NCBI RefSeq assembly: GCF_902713615.1
Contig: NC_052158.1
Span: 45,719,159-45,783,158 of the forward strand
Length of the DNA stretch: 64,000 nt
Source: Scyliorhinus canicula
Taxonomy: Eukaryota
Reading direction: 5' to 3'
Part shown: piece after piece, positions 24,070 through 36,951 of the stretch
Numbering within the stretch: position 1 is the stretch's first letter
Layout: every line of letters begins with the position of its first letter
Translations under genes and position numbers: made by a program
The notes under the pieces: generated by a model
Database searches by the model: none
Seen by the model: only the letters and a program-made list of their open reading frames with translations
Told to the model about the DNA's origin: nothing

Positions 24070-24384
24070 TTAGATCCTAGAATTTACAGAGCAGAAGGAG
24101 GCCATTTGACCCGAGTCTGTACTGGCCACTGGAAAGTACACCCTACTTAAATCCACTCTGTCCCCATAACCCAACCTAATCTTTTGAACGCTAAAGGGCA
24201 ATTTAGCACACCCAATCTTCTTAACCTGCACAACTTTGGACTGTGGGAGGAAACTGAAGTACCCAGAAGAAACCCGCACAGACACAGTGAGAAAGTGCAA
24301 ACTCCACAGAGACAACCACCCGAGGCTGGAATTGAACCCGGGACCCTGGAGCTGTGGGGCAGCAGTGTCAACCACTGTGCCACC
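24070..24384 (-). mobile_element. HE1-like SINE
   Basis: Full structure; absent at the paralogous site ~59283. Confidence 0.85.
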
Positions 24385-24945
24385 TTGACTGTCACACATC
24401 CTCTGTTTACAGGAGGGACACTGGATGGTGACCAGGAACAGACAACGTGGCTACTTTCTTTCTTCCGACCTGATCCCCATCTTCTCAGGTACCTTGAAGC
24501 CGATGGAAAAGACCGTGTAGTAAGTGTAAAATGGGCTACTGATTCTATGTGAGCTCGGATCGTCCTGTTAAAGACCAATTTTATCCTTAGTCTGCGTTTA
24601 ATATAAAAACACTCAGGAGAAATATTAATTCAATGGAGATTTGAAATGTATCCCCTTGTTTTCCCAAATTATTTGAAGAAAACACACTGGGCAGGAAGCT
24701 AAGGAAAATATTGCTTCAGCGTAGCTGATTGAAGGGTTCTGGTTTATCCTGGGAAATTAGATACACTGCACTCACTCAGACTGCACATCCCAAATTCAGC
24801 TCTCAGACACAGCACTGGGCAAAACTATCAAATCCAAGCCCAGGCTTCTGTTAAACACCGAGGCCTTCAGGTAAAATCTTTAAAAACATTAAAAGACATT
24901 TTACTAAATGTGTGTCACTGCCCCTCCCAGATAATTACACCTCAC

Positions 24946-24984
24946 CTTCTCATATTCAGCAATGATCCATCACCAAAACTCAGC
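24946..24984 (-). other. Putative 39-nt 5' UTR exon of ZNF-B
   Basis: AG|GCTGAG...GAGAAG|GTGAGG conserved with 14207-14245. Confidence 0.55.
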
Positions 24985-25034
24985 CTGTAAATCAGAAGGG
25001 AAACGCTTCCAATAAACACCCTCAATATCCAACA

Positions 25035-25640
25035 CACAGCCAATCATACAGCTCGGCTGCCTGATTGACGGCTCCCATAGCCAATCGGCTCCAGGGTTAC
25101 TTTGGCATCCCGCCCATAACCACAATGTCCAATCCCTGTCCCTGACCGGAATGGAGGGCGGGACTTCAATGGTTCTGCGCAGGTGCACTGCAGAGCCTCT
25201 CAGAAACTGGGAACGACATCACCCATGATGCCTGTGGGTCCAGGCGCAGTGAGGTGGCCAGTATCGAATAGGGAGCACGTCCACCCTTTCTCACGTTCCG
25301 ATTCCCATCACAATCCAGGCTCCTTTGGAAAGGCAGAGGCCACTTTCTGACACTGAATGTTCTCCGCAGGCACGGCGAGACTGCCTGAAAACCGGTCCGA
25401 ACAACATTACCCACATGGCATGTGGCCCCGAAGCCGCGCAGTGAGGATGGGCGGTGCGATGGGAGTTGTAGTTTGGCCGCCTGCCTGACGGGAGATGCAG
25501 TTCTGCCGCCTGCCTGATGGGAGTTGTAGTTCTGCCGCCTGCCTGATAGCAGTTGTAGTTCTGTCGCGCGCAGCGGCGGTCGGCGCCCAGTGTTCGGGAA
25601 TTGGAATGTGAGGAAGCGCGAGCCCGAGCGGCTGAATCGA
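25035..25640. promoter_or_regulatory. CpG-rich, probably bidirectional promoter between ZNF-B (-) and ZNF-C (+)
   Basis: Several CCAAT boxes, GGGCGG boxes, four tandem ZNF143/Staf-type ACTACAnnTCCCA units at 25458-25565. Confidence 0.7.
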
Positions 25641-25963
25641 ATTGAAAAGCAGAGATTGACCCTTGGGAGGAACCAGAGCGATGGCGGTGGGAAGATTCAC
25701 CATTGCAGCAGATTCTCTGCGTACAGCTGAAGAGGAAAAACTGCCACAGTTCAGAGCAGCCCTACTGACTGGACAACACAGGAGGACAGTGTGGTCGGGA
25801 ATGTCAAAGGCAGCAGAGAAGTTGCTTCTCTCTCCACAGATGTTTTCTGACCTGAGCATTTCCAACATTTTCTGAATCTCTATCATATTTCCAACATTCA
25901 CAATATTTTGCCCAACTGGCTGTGTGCACTTTAGGGAAGTGGAGACTATGGGCTGATTTTTTT

Positions 25964-26311
25964 CATAGATTTTACAGTGCAGAAGGAGGCCATTCGGCCC
26001 ATCGAGTCTGCACCGGCTCTTGGAAAGAGCACCCTACCCAAGGTCAACACCTCCACCCTATCCCCATAACCCAGTAACCCCACCCAACATGAAGGGCAAT
26101 TTTGGACACTTAAGGGCAATTTATCATGGCCAATCCACCTAACCTGCACATCTTTGGACTGTGGGAGGAAACCGGAGCACCCGGAGGAAACCCACGCAGA
26201 CACTGGGAGGATGTGCAGACTCCGCACAGACAGTGACCCAAGCCGGAATCGAACCTGGGACCCTGGAGCTGTGAAGCCATTGTACTGTCCACAATGCTAC
26301 CGTGCTGCCCC
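25964..26311 (-). mobile_element. HE1-like SINE, full length
   Basis: Head, core, tail; absent in the paralog at ~48770. Confidence 0.9.
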
Positions 26312-26497
26312 CTAATGGAGGCCCCCTAATTTGATGGAGCTGTGGAAATAACACCAGTTTGTCTTCATGGGGACAAATTATTTCAATTGGAGAGGTTAGG
26401 GAGAATCGACGGTCATATTTACAAGTTGTTCAAGGACAGAACTCCAGATCCATCAATCATTAGAAGTAACAAGAACATTTGATAAAAACCATCAAAC

Positions 26498-26822
26498 TGG
26501 GGCAGCAGGGTAGCATGGTGGTTAGCATAAATGCTTCACAGCTCCAGGGTCCCAGGTTCGATTCCCAGGTCACTGTCTGTGTGGAGTCTGCACGTCCTCC
26601 CCCTGTGTGCTCCGGTTTCCTCCCACAGTCCAAAGATGTGCGGGTTAGGTGGATTGGCCATGCTAAATTGCCCGTAGTGTCCTAATAAATGTAAGGTTAA
26701 GGGGGGGGTTGTTGGGTTACGGGTATCGGGTGGATATGTGGGTTTGAGTAGGGTGATCATGGCTCGGCACAACATTGAGGGCCGAAGGGCCTGTTCTGTG
26801 CTGTACTGTTCTATGTTCTATG
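26498..26822 (+). mobile_element. HE1-like SINE, near full length
   Basis: Head, core, gttctatgttctatg tail; absent in the paralog at ~45385. Confidence 0.9.
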
Positions 26823-27544
26823 ATGTCTATTTGGTCCATTTTTGGAGGAATTGAATTGAAAAGCAGAGAAGTGATACTGAACCTTGTTTGGATCACACTT
26901 GGACAGCTGTGCACAGTTCAGATCAACATATTGTAAAAGGACAAAGGAACTGGAGAAGATGCAAAAAACATTCATAAGGATTATATTGAGAATTGGGAGA
27001 TTGCAACTATCAGGAAAGACAACAGGTTAGCACTCTTTTCCCTAGAAGAGAGAAGATTGATTGGGGGCAGGGGGCAGCATAGAAATCTTTGAAATATGGA
27101 TTATAATATAAAGAATTTGGGGGCAAATGGAGAGATGATGTTCCCAATTGTGTGGGTGAGCCCAAAACTATGGTCCATAATAAATCCAATGAGTAATTCA
27201 GGAAAAACCTCTTCCCCAACAGAATGATTAGAATCTGTATAGGTCCCAGTTTGTCTATCACTTTCTGGGGTGTATAGGTCCCAGTTTGTCTATCACTTTC
27301 TGGGGTATGTGGAATGTTAGTTCTGTTCTCTCTTCACAAATTCTGTCAGACTGCTGATTGCGCAAGATTTTCTGTTTTTGTTTCAGATTCCAGCATCCAC
27401 AGTAATTTGCTTTTAGATTAGAATCTGGAACTTATTCCCACATGGAATAGCTGAGGCAAATAGCTTTGATGTATCTGATGGGAAGCCACGTAAGTAAATG
27501 AGGGAGAAAGGAATAGAAGGATCTGATCATGTGGTGAGATAAAA

Positions 27545-29040
27545 TAAGTGTGGTGAAAGCTTTCGTCATTCATCAAACCTCATGAACCACTGACTCATTC
27601 TTGCAGTTAAGAGTTTGAGGAGTGTGAGGAGGACCCCCCAGGCTCATAGGATCTCTTACTACAGATGCACCTTGTGTAATATCACACAAGGACTGATACA
27701 TGGATGAGAAGCTATTCAAGTGTGAGGAGTGTGATCGCGCCTTTGCACAGTTATCGGCACTCGTGAATCACTGGCACATTCACACTGGGCCGATACCTAC
27801 ACGTGTGCTGTGTGTGACAGATACTTCTCGTAGTCAAATAATCTTCGCAATCACCGACAAATTCACACTGGGGAGAAACCATTCATGTATGATGTGTGTG
27901 AAACACAATTTTCATGATCATCGCATCTCCATGTACACCAGTGCAGTCACATGGGAGAAACCATTTCCATGTGAGATGTGTGACAAATCATTCTCACTGT
28001 TATCAATCCTCCACATACAGCAATGCATTCACACAGGGAGAAACCATTCACGTTGAGTGACAATTATTTGTCACATTTATTGATCCTCCACATAGGGGAA
28101 GAACCATTAAAAGGTGAGGTGCGTGACAAAGCATTTGCACATTTATTAACATTCGTGAATCATCATAGCATTCACATGGGACAAACCATTCACATGCAAT
28201 GTCTGTGACTGAAATGTCTGACATAATTATCACAGTCATTGCATCTCCACGTACGCCAGTGCAATCATACAGGGGAAAAACCAGTCACAAGTGAGGTGTG
28301 TGAGACATCATTCTCCCAGTTCATGAAGTCCGTAAACACTAATGCATTCACACGGGAGAAACCATTCAGATGTGAGGTCTGTGATAAATTATTCACACTG
28401 TTATCAAGCCTCTATGTATCAGACAATCCACACAAGGGAGAAACCGTTCAGAGGTTTGCAATAAAGCAATATCTACAAAACTTCTAAAACTCCAAATGAT
28501 TCACAAGGGAGAGACCCTTCAGGTCTGATACATGACCAAACCTTCACATGGTGATCACTGGTGAATGACTGATGTATTCACATAGAGGAGGGACTATTCA
28601 GATGTGAGGTGTATGACAAGTCTTTCTCAAAGTGATTGTTCCTCCGTGCCCACCAATGCATTCACACAGGTTAGACACTGTTCAATTGTGAGTTCTATGA
28701 TGTTGGTTTTGTGATGTCTTCAATCCTCCTGATGGAGCAGATAATTCACAAGTGGGCGAAACCCTCAGGAGTGAAGTTTGTAAGGTGGCTTTCCATTTCA
28801 CCTCCTGATTCACCAGAGCACAATCAGAGGGGAGGAACCACTCACATGTGAAATGAGCAGCAATTCTCACAAATAATACAGAGAGGATAGATGCTGCAGA
28901 CAGATCCTGGCCATCACCCAAGGGACACATGCACAACTGTGGGAAAATATCCGGTCCCTTTACAGCATCGCTCAACAAAGAGAAGGTTGGAAAGTGAAAC
29001 CATCTACTGGAAATCGATCGGGTCAGGGGAACTTTGAAGA
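27545..29040 (+). pseudogene. Decayed C2H2 zinc finger array ZNF-C
   Basis: MDEKLFKCEECDRAF...HWHIH followed by many frameshifted and stop-containing fingers; upstream linker homologous to 59740-59900. Confidence 0.85.
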
Positions 29041-29088
29041 TTGCGCTCCATGGTGCCTAGAAATTCCTTATCCATTAAAAGGAAATGG

Positions 29089-32000
29089 GGGAAACTTCCG
29101 GTGGTGACATGAAGGTGGAGGTTGCACGTTGGGTGCCCCCTGCTAGAGTTTCTGGTTTTTAGCCCATTATGCTGGAAGGTCTGAGGAGTTTGTGGAATGT
29201 CAAAGTTCCAGAAGAAGAATCGGGAGGAAGGGGCGAGCGAACGTCTGTTGATGAGTGTGGCTGTGAGTTTAACGGAAAGGTGGCGGGTGCTAGTTCGTCA
29301 GAAGGGGCCACTCCCATTAAGGTGGAAAAACTGACTGAAGTGGTGTCGGGGGAGTTTGAGCGGCAGTTCTTCAAGCACGTCAAAGGGCATCAGAAAGAGA
29401 AGATGACCTTGCTCAAGGAGTGGGTAGATGAGACTCTTGCCCTGATAAAGGTGGCTTTGACAAAGACATTGACAGAAGTGCAGGAGCAAGGAGAGGTGTT
29501 GAAGGGGTAGAGCATGGCGACCAGTTCACCTCGATGGGTGAGGAGCTGCAGAGTGTGGTGGAGAGCAATAAAGGGCTGAGAGCTAAAGTGGAGGACCTGG
29601 AGAACAGGTCGCAAAGGCAAAATTTGATGGTCGCCAGACTGCCTGAGGGGGTGCAGGGCCGGAGGTCGACGGACTACTTTGCGGAGATGTTTGTTAAATT
29701 GATGGGGGAGGAGGAGGAGGACCCCTCACTTTATGGACAGGGCCCATCTGTCACTCCGGCCGAAGCCAGAGATGAATGAACCACCGAGGGCTGTGATAGG
29801 TTACTTACACAGCTACCAGGTGAAGGTGAAAATATTGAAATGGGCGAAACCGAATTGTGAGGTGAAGTGGGATGGCTTTGGTATTCAAATATACCAAGAT
29901 CTTACAGCAGAGCTGGCGAGAAGGCAGGCAGCCTTTGGTCGGATGAACGCAGCATTGGGTAGCAACATGTGGTTTCAAGTGGTCGAGCTGGTGAAGCTGA
30001 GGGTGGTTCACAACTCAAAGGACTGGGACAGAGATGAGTTTGGACTTGGATGATGTTGACCATGATCCTTTTTCTTTTATTTTGATGTATACTAATTTAT
30101 TTTTGGTGTGGTAATGGGAAAGGGAGGGTTTGGGGTTGGTAGGGTTTGGCTGGGATTTTGTGTGTTTTTTCATGTTGGATTTGTGGGATTATGGGGTGGC
30201 GAGTTTGGAAGGTTTGGGCATAGGGACTGGGTGTTGGTTTTGTTTCCATGTGGGGGGATAGGGCTCCGGCAGGGGTCACCTTGCTAACAAACTCAGGTTG
30301 GCGAGTGAACGGGAGCAAGGTGGAGGAGGGTCTGAGGTCGTTGGATCCTGTATGGACATGTTTCGATGAGCTTGAGAGCTGTGAATGGTGGGGGGGGGGG
30401 GGGGGGGGGGGGGATGGGGATGATACTAGGTGAGATGTTTTCAAGAGAAAGTGGTTGGGGGATTCTGAGAAGGGGAAGGGTAGGGGGCTGACAGTAATAG
30501 ACCTGGGTTCCGCCTGATGGGCCTCGAGTAGTGGGTATGGCGGAGAGAAGGGGTGGGGGTGAGAGATCCCCAGTCAAAGTGGTGATGTGGACCATGCCAG
30601 GGCTGGGGGGACCGGTGAAGTGATTAGGAGTGTTCTCACACTTGAAGAGTTTGAAAGCCGATCGGGTGCTATTGCAGGAGACACATCTGAGGGTGAAGGA
30701 CCAGATGAGGCTGAGGAAGGGCTGGGCGAGCCAGGTGTTTCACTCAAGCTTTGACAGCAGGACGCGGGGAGGATGGTGATTCTAGTGGGCAAGAGGGTGA
30801 GGTTCCAGACGGGGAAGGTGGTTGCAGAGGCAAGGGAGGAATGCCAATGGCTGATAGAGGACATTTTGGAAGTATATAAGGTATGTGGAGAACTTCCGGT
30901 CTTCTGGTGAGAATGGAGTCCAGGTGGTTTGATCTTCTGTCTACAGGGAAGGTGGTTCGGCAGCTGAGAAAGGCCAGGGGGTCGTTTATGAGTATGGGGA
31001 GAAGGCCAGCCACATGTTTCCGCAGGCAAACAGTGGCGAGGGAGATAGTTCGGGTCAGAGATGAGACCAATGAGCTGGTGGTGGCGCCAGAGCAGGTGAA
31101 CAAGTTATTGAAGAGTTTTATGGGGACCTGTAGAAGTCAGAGCCACCAGAGGCTGCGTCGGATATGAGTGAGGTTTAGGGGCTGTTGAAGTGGAGAGGAG
31201 AGGGCGGGATTGGAGGAGCCAGTGGGGGTGGAAGAAATGCAAGTAGCAAAGATGCAGATGGGTAAGGCATCCTGACTAGATGATTTTTCCATGAAATTTC
31301 CTGAAAAGCTTAGGATAAGTTGCTGCCGCTGTTGGGAGAAGTATTTGAGGATGCGATTAAGGGGTAGGGACTCAGCAGAAATGATGGGTCAGGCATCCAT
31401 TTTGTTGTTGTCTATAAAGGAGAAGGATCCGGTCGATTGTGGGTCATATAGGCCCATATTATAGATAGAACAGTACAGCACAGAACAGGCCCTTCGGCCC
31501 TCGATGTTGTGCCGAGCCATGATCACCCCTACTCAAACCCACGTATCCACCCTATACCCGTAACCCAACAACCCCCCCCCCCTAACCTTACTTTTTAGGA
31601 CACTACGGGCAATTTAGCATGGCCAATCCACCTAACCCGCACATCTTTGGACTGTGGGAGGAAACCGGAGCACCCGGAGGAAACCCACGCACACACGGGG
31701 AGGACGTGCAGACTCCGCACAGACAGTGACCCAGCCGGGAATCGAACCTGGGACCCTGGAGCTGTGAAGCATTTATGCTAACCACCATGCTACCGTGCTG
31801 CCCCACAAGTGTTGGCGTTGAGGTTCGAGCAGTGCCTTCCGAAACTGATTGGGGAGAATCAGATAGGGTTCATTAAGGGTAGGCAGTTGTCGTTGAATGT
31901 GTGGTGACTGCTGAATGTGTTGCTTTCTCCATCAGAAGGGAGTTGGAGGTGGTGTTGGCGTTGTATGCAGACAAGGCATTTGATCGGGTGGAGTGGAACT

Positions 32001-34115
32001 ATCAGTTTGCAGTATTGGAGAAGTTTGGCATTTGGCCGAAGATTGTGGCATGGGTGAAATTGTTGTATGAGGAGCTGATAGCGTGTGTGCGAACAAATAA
32101 CATTAATTCAGGGTACTTTCCACTGCATCGGGAATGACAAAACCAACTCCACCCCCTTAAAAATGACTTTGCCAAAAGGACTGGCAGGCACTGAAATAAG
32201 AATTAAATCCGCAGTAGAATGTTCATCTTAACTGCCTGCACAAGACCTACCGCCGACTGTCCCACCTCAATAAATCCGCCTTCTGTTTGCGCTGGTGATA
32301 GAGCCCTTAGCCATTACCCTGAGGTGTTTGGATTTTTGGAAGTGGATAGTGAAGGGGGGATGTGAAGCACCTCTGTAAGAAGATGACCTCCTGTTATATA
32401 TTTCAGACGTGAGCTCCTCTTCAGTGGAGGACATAATGGGTCTGCTGAAGAAATTTGGGGCTTTTTTGGGATATAAGTTGAATTTAGGGAAAAGCGGGTA
32501 TTTTGTGGTGTCTTCCCCAGGGGTGGTGGTTGCCGTTTTGGGTGACAACAAGCTACGACAAGTATTTGGGGGTGTAGGTAGCCTGAAATTGGGCACGGCT
32601 CTGTAAGCTGAACTTTACGACTCTGGTTGGCGGGTGAAAGCAGATTTATTGAGGATTGACAGTTGGGCGCAGGCAGTTAAAATGAACATTCTACTGCAGC
32701 TTTTATTCTTCTTTCGGTGCCTGCCAGCCCTGTGGACGAAGTCATTTTTTAAGGGGGTGGACAGGTTGGTTTTGTCATTTGTTTGGGCAGAGAAGGTGGC
32801 CAGGATAAGGTAGGGAACACTTTCAAGAGGCTGGCTGTTGGGAAGGGTTGGGCCTTCCGAACTAGTATTACTGGGCGGCGAACGCGGAGATGTGGGGCTG
32901 GAGTAGGGAGGCGGAGGCTTTACAGGTGATGATGGAGGTGGGTTCCTGTTGGGGTTGCGGGTTGACAATGGAACCACTTCCATTTGCCCCAGGGAAGTAT
33001 TTGGGAAGTTCTGTGGTGGTTGCCACGTTAAAGATTTGGAGACAATTTCGGCAGCATTTTAGGTTGGGAGCGTGGTCGAGGATAATGCCGATCCAGGGGA
33101 ACCTTGGATTTGAGTCGGAGAGGATGGATGCGAGGTTTCGGGAATGGGAAAAGAGGGAGTGAAGGAGATGAAGGATTTGTTTTTGGAGGGGCGGTTCGCA
33201 AGCTTGTTGGAGTTGAGGGGGATGTTTGGTTTTCTGTAGGAGGAGGGTTTTCGGTACATGCAGGTGCGGGACTTTGCGAATCAGGTCTTTCTGATAGTGC
33301 CTGCCTTCTCATTGATGGAGGAGATGCTGTCGGTAATGGGGTTGGAGAGTGGGATCATCTTGGCGATTTATGGAAGGATTTTGGAGGATAAGGTGTCTAT
33401 GGAGTGGGTTAAGGCCAAGTGGGAGGAGGAGTTGGGGATGGTGCTGGAGGAGGGATTGTGGAGTGGAGCACTGTGGAGGGTGAATGCCTCAACCTCGTGC
33501 ACAGGGCTGGGGTTGATACAGTTGAAGGCATTTGACAAAGTCAAGGATGAGCCGGCTGAGGGGGGGTAGAGGATACTTGCGAATGGTGTGGGAGGGACCC
33601 GGCTAATCACGTGCATATGTTCTGGGGATGCCTGAAGTTGGAGAAATTTTGGGGATCGTTTTTCAGCACCATGTCGACGATCCTGCATGTGGTTTTTGAG
33701 CCGAGTCGCCTGAGGGCCATATTCGCGGTGTTGGACCTGCCAGAGTTGCAGATGGGAGCGGGGGCAGATATTTTAGACTTCGCCTCATTGATCACTTACA
33801 GGCTGGTTCTGTTGGGGTCGAGGTCAGCTTTTTGACCCTGTACCACAGCGTGGCTGGGGGATCTAATGGAGTTCTTACATCTTGAGACGGTAAAATTTAC
33901 CCCAAGGGGGGCAAACGAGACGTTCCATTAGAGATGGGGTTTGTTTATATTGCATTTCGGAGAGGTAGTCACCATCAACTGTTTGGAGGTGTTGGGGAGG
34001 GGGGGGGGGGGGGGGACGGTTGGTGCAGGGCTTATTGTATTTGGGGTGCAATGTTTGTGCTTTTGTAAAATGTTAAAATGCTAAAAGTTTGAATGAAAAT
34101 ACTTTTAAAAATAAA
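29089..34115 (+). mobile_element. L1-clade LINE with both ends, inactivated, internally deleted
   Basis: 13-bp TSD TAAAAGGAAATGG (29076-29088, 34116-34128); ORF1 KVEDLENRSQRQNL; EN LLQETHL; RT DKAFDRVEW; A-tail. Confidence 0.9.
31460..31803 (-). mobile_element. HE1-like SINE inserted in L1
   Basis: Full-length, nearly identical to 26498 and 35669 copies. Confidence 0.9.
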
Positions 34116-34954
34116 TAAAAGGAAATGGAAGGTTGAACTGCAATAGGAGTTATTTATGGAAGACTGAATGAAATTTGATTGGTGGCCCATCTTTTTACCT
34201 GCTCAAATACCTGGAGAGAATATAATTGGCAGCTCATTACTCGGTACCTCAGGCACAACATATCACTGTCAAATTTGGTTCCTCCTCCGCAAGTAGATGT
34301 AGGTCATTACTTATCACATTCTGGTCATACCCAAATTTTAAGGAGCATTGGGATAGGATTCAAAAAATTGGTCAAGGTATTCCACATGGACATCCCACAG
34401 ACCCCTTCCCCCAGCTGCTCTATTAGGTACAATTCCAGAAGGGATGGAAGGAAGAAAACATTTACAAATTTTGCTTGGAGTTCCCATGAAGGGTATCACC
34501 CTCAATTGGCAGAAACCCATATGCCCAACCTATGAAACTTGCTTATCCAAAGTAAAATAACTATTTGAGATGGAAAGAATCACACTTGCATTAAACTTAA
34601 GAGCAAAGAATTATTTCAAAGATGGATGTCAGTAATGGGAATATTGTTCACATGAACTAAATCACAGAGAACACTCCCCACCACAACCCAACTCACATAT
34701 TTTATTTGCCGCCCCCCATCTTTTCTTTACCAGGCTTTCCCATATTTTTCTATAGTCATTTTTCACTGGTACTCTATGTAAGGAAGCAACTTTTATACTA
34801 TTACGACACCCTGGGTGAGTGCGCCATTGACTCCAGACCCCAGAGTCCCAACACAAGTGAATGAACCAATAATTTGTATAAAATTTGGAGAATGTTTAGC
34901 CCCTTGACTGTTCAATAAGTTATAGCCACCAGGTTTGTAAGTTGAATTCCAGGC

Positions 34955-36578
34955 TTGGAAGCAAATAGACGTATTAGCGAGAGGCAGCACGTTTTTGTGA
35001 AAGGGAGGTCGCGTCTCACTAACTTGATAGAGTTTTTTGAAGAGGTCACAAAGATGATTGATGCAGGTAGGGCAGTGGATGTTGTCCATATGGACTTCAG
35101 TAAGGCCTTTGACAAGGTCCCTCATAGCAGACTGGTACAAAAGGTCACACGGGATCAGGGGTGAGCTGGCAAGATGGATACAGAACTGGCTAGGTCATAG
35201 AAGGCAGAGAGTAGCAATGGAAGGGTGCTTTTCTGATTGGAGGGCTATGACTAGTGGTGTTCTGCAGAGATCAGTGCTGGGACCTTTGCTGTTTGTAGTA
35301 TATATAAAATGTAACTGGTCTGATTAGTAAGCTTGCAGACGACACAAAGGTTGGTGGAATTGCGGATAGCGATGAGGACTGTCAGAGGATACAATAGGAT
35401 TTAGATCGTTTGGAGACTTGGGCGGAGAGATGGCAGATGGAGTTTAATCCGGACAAAATGAGGTAATGCATTTTGGAAGGTCTAATGCAGGTAGGGAATA
35501 TACAGTGAATGGTAGAACCCTCAAGAATATTGACAGTCAGAGAGATGTAGGTGTACAGGTCCACAGGTCACTGAAAGGGGCAACACAGGTGGAGAAGGTA
35601 GTCAAGAAGGCATATGGCATGCTTGCCTTCATTGGCCGGGGCATTGTATAAGAATTGGCAAGTCATGTTAGCATGGTAGCATGGTGGTTAGCATCAATGC
35701 TTCACAGCTCCAGGGTCCCAGGTTCGATTCCCGGCTGGGTCACTGTCTGTGTGGAGTCTGCACGTCCTCCCCGTGTGTGCGTGGGTTTCCTCCGGGTGCT
35801 CCGGTTTCCTCCCACAGTCCAAAGATGTGCGGGTTAGGTGGATTGGCCATGCTAAATTGCCCGTAGTGTAAGGTTAACGGGGGGATTGTTGGGTTACGGG
35901 TATATGGGTTACGTGGGTTTAAGTAGGGTGATCATTGCTCGGCACAACATCGAGGGCCGAAGGGCCTGTTCTGTGCTGTACTGTTCTATGTTCTATGTTG
36001 CAACTGTACAGAACCTCAGTTAGGCCATACTTGGAGTATCGTGTTCAATTCTGGTCGCCACACTACCAGAAGGATGTTGAGGCTTTAGAGAGGGTGCAGA
36101 AGAGATTTGCCAGGATGTTGCCTGGTATTGAGGGCATTAGCCATGAGGAGAGGTTGAATAAACTTGGTTTGTTCTCACTGGAACAACGGAGGTTGAGGGA
36201 TGACCTGATAGAGGTTTACAAAATTATGAGGGGCTTAAAGAGTGGATAGTCAGAGGCTTTTTTCCAGGGTAGAGGGGTCAATTACTTGGGGGCATAGGTT
36301 TAAGGTGCGAGGGACAAGGTTTAGAGGAGATGTACAAGGCAAGTTTTTTTACACAGAGAGTAGTGGGTGCCTGGAACTCGCTGCTGGAGGAGGTGGTGGA
36401 AGCAGGGACGATAGTGACATTTAAGGGGCACCTTGACAAATACATGAATAGGATGGGAATAGAGGGATACGGAGCCAGGAAGTGTAGAGGATTTTAGTTT
36501 AGATGGGCAACATGGTCGGCACAGGGCTTGGAGGGCCGAAGGGACTGTTCTTGTGCTGTACTTTCCTGTGTTCTTTTT
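34955..36578 (+). mobile_element. 5'-truncated CR1/HER1 LINE with SINE insert (35669-35997)
   Basis: LTNLIEFFEEVTK, DFSKAFDKVPH, VQFWSPHYQKD, 3' tail gtgttcttt. Confidence 0.9.
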
Positions 36579-36951
36579 GAACACAATAACAGTTTATAAA
36601 GAAACAAAGCTGAAATATGCATTCAGCCAGTACTCCCAGACAATAGGTTTTACTCATTTATCAACCTGGGCCTTCACAAACAGAACAGCTTCAGGCCTGT
36701 TCAATTCTTACTTGTTTCCAACTCCACCAGAATGACCAACTGTCTTACTGAGATGAGAACAGAGTTCCCCACATGAGATTTTCAAAAGGATTTTAAACAA
36801 CTGATCCTGTCTTAAGCTGGTGACTGGATTTCCCCGCAGTTCAGCTGAGCTGTGGAGAGAGAATAATCTTTCCTTGGATCTTCAGAAAGAATCCATTAGA
36901 TGAAAGAGAGATCAGTCATGACCCTCCAGCTTCTGACATCAAAACACAATC

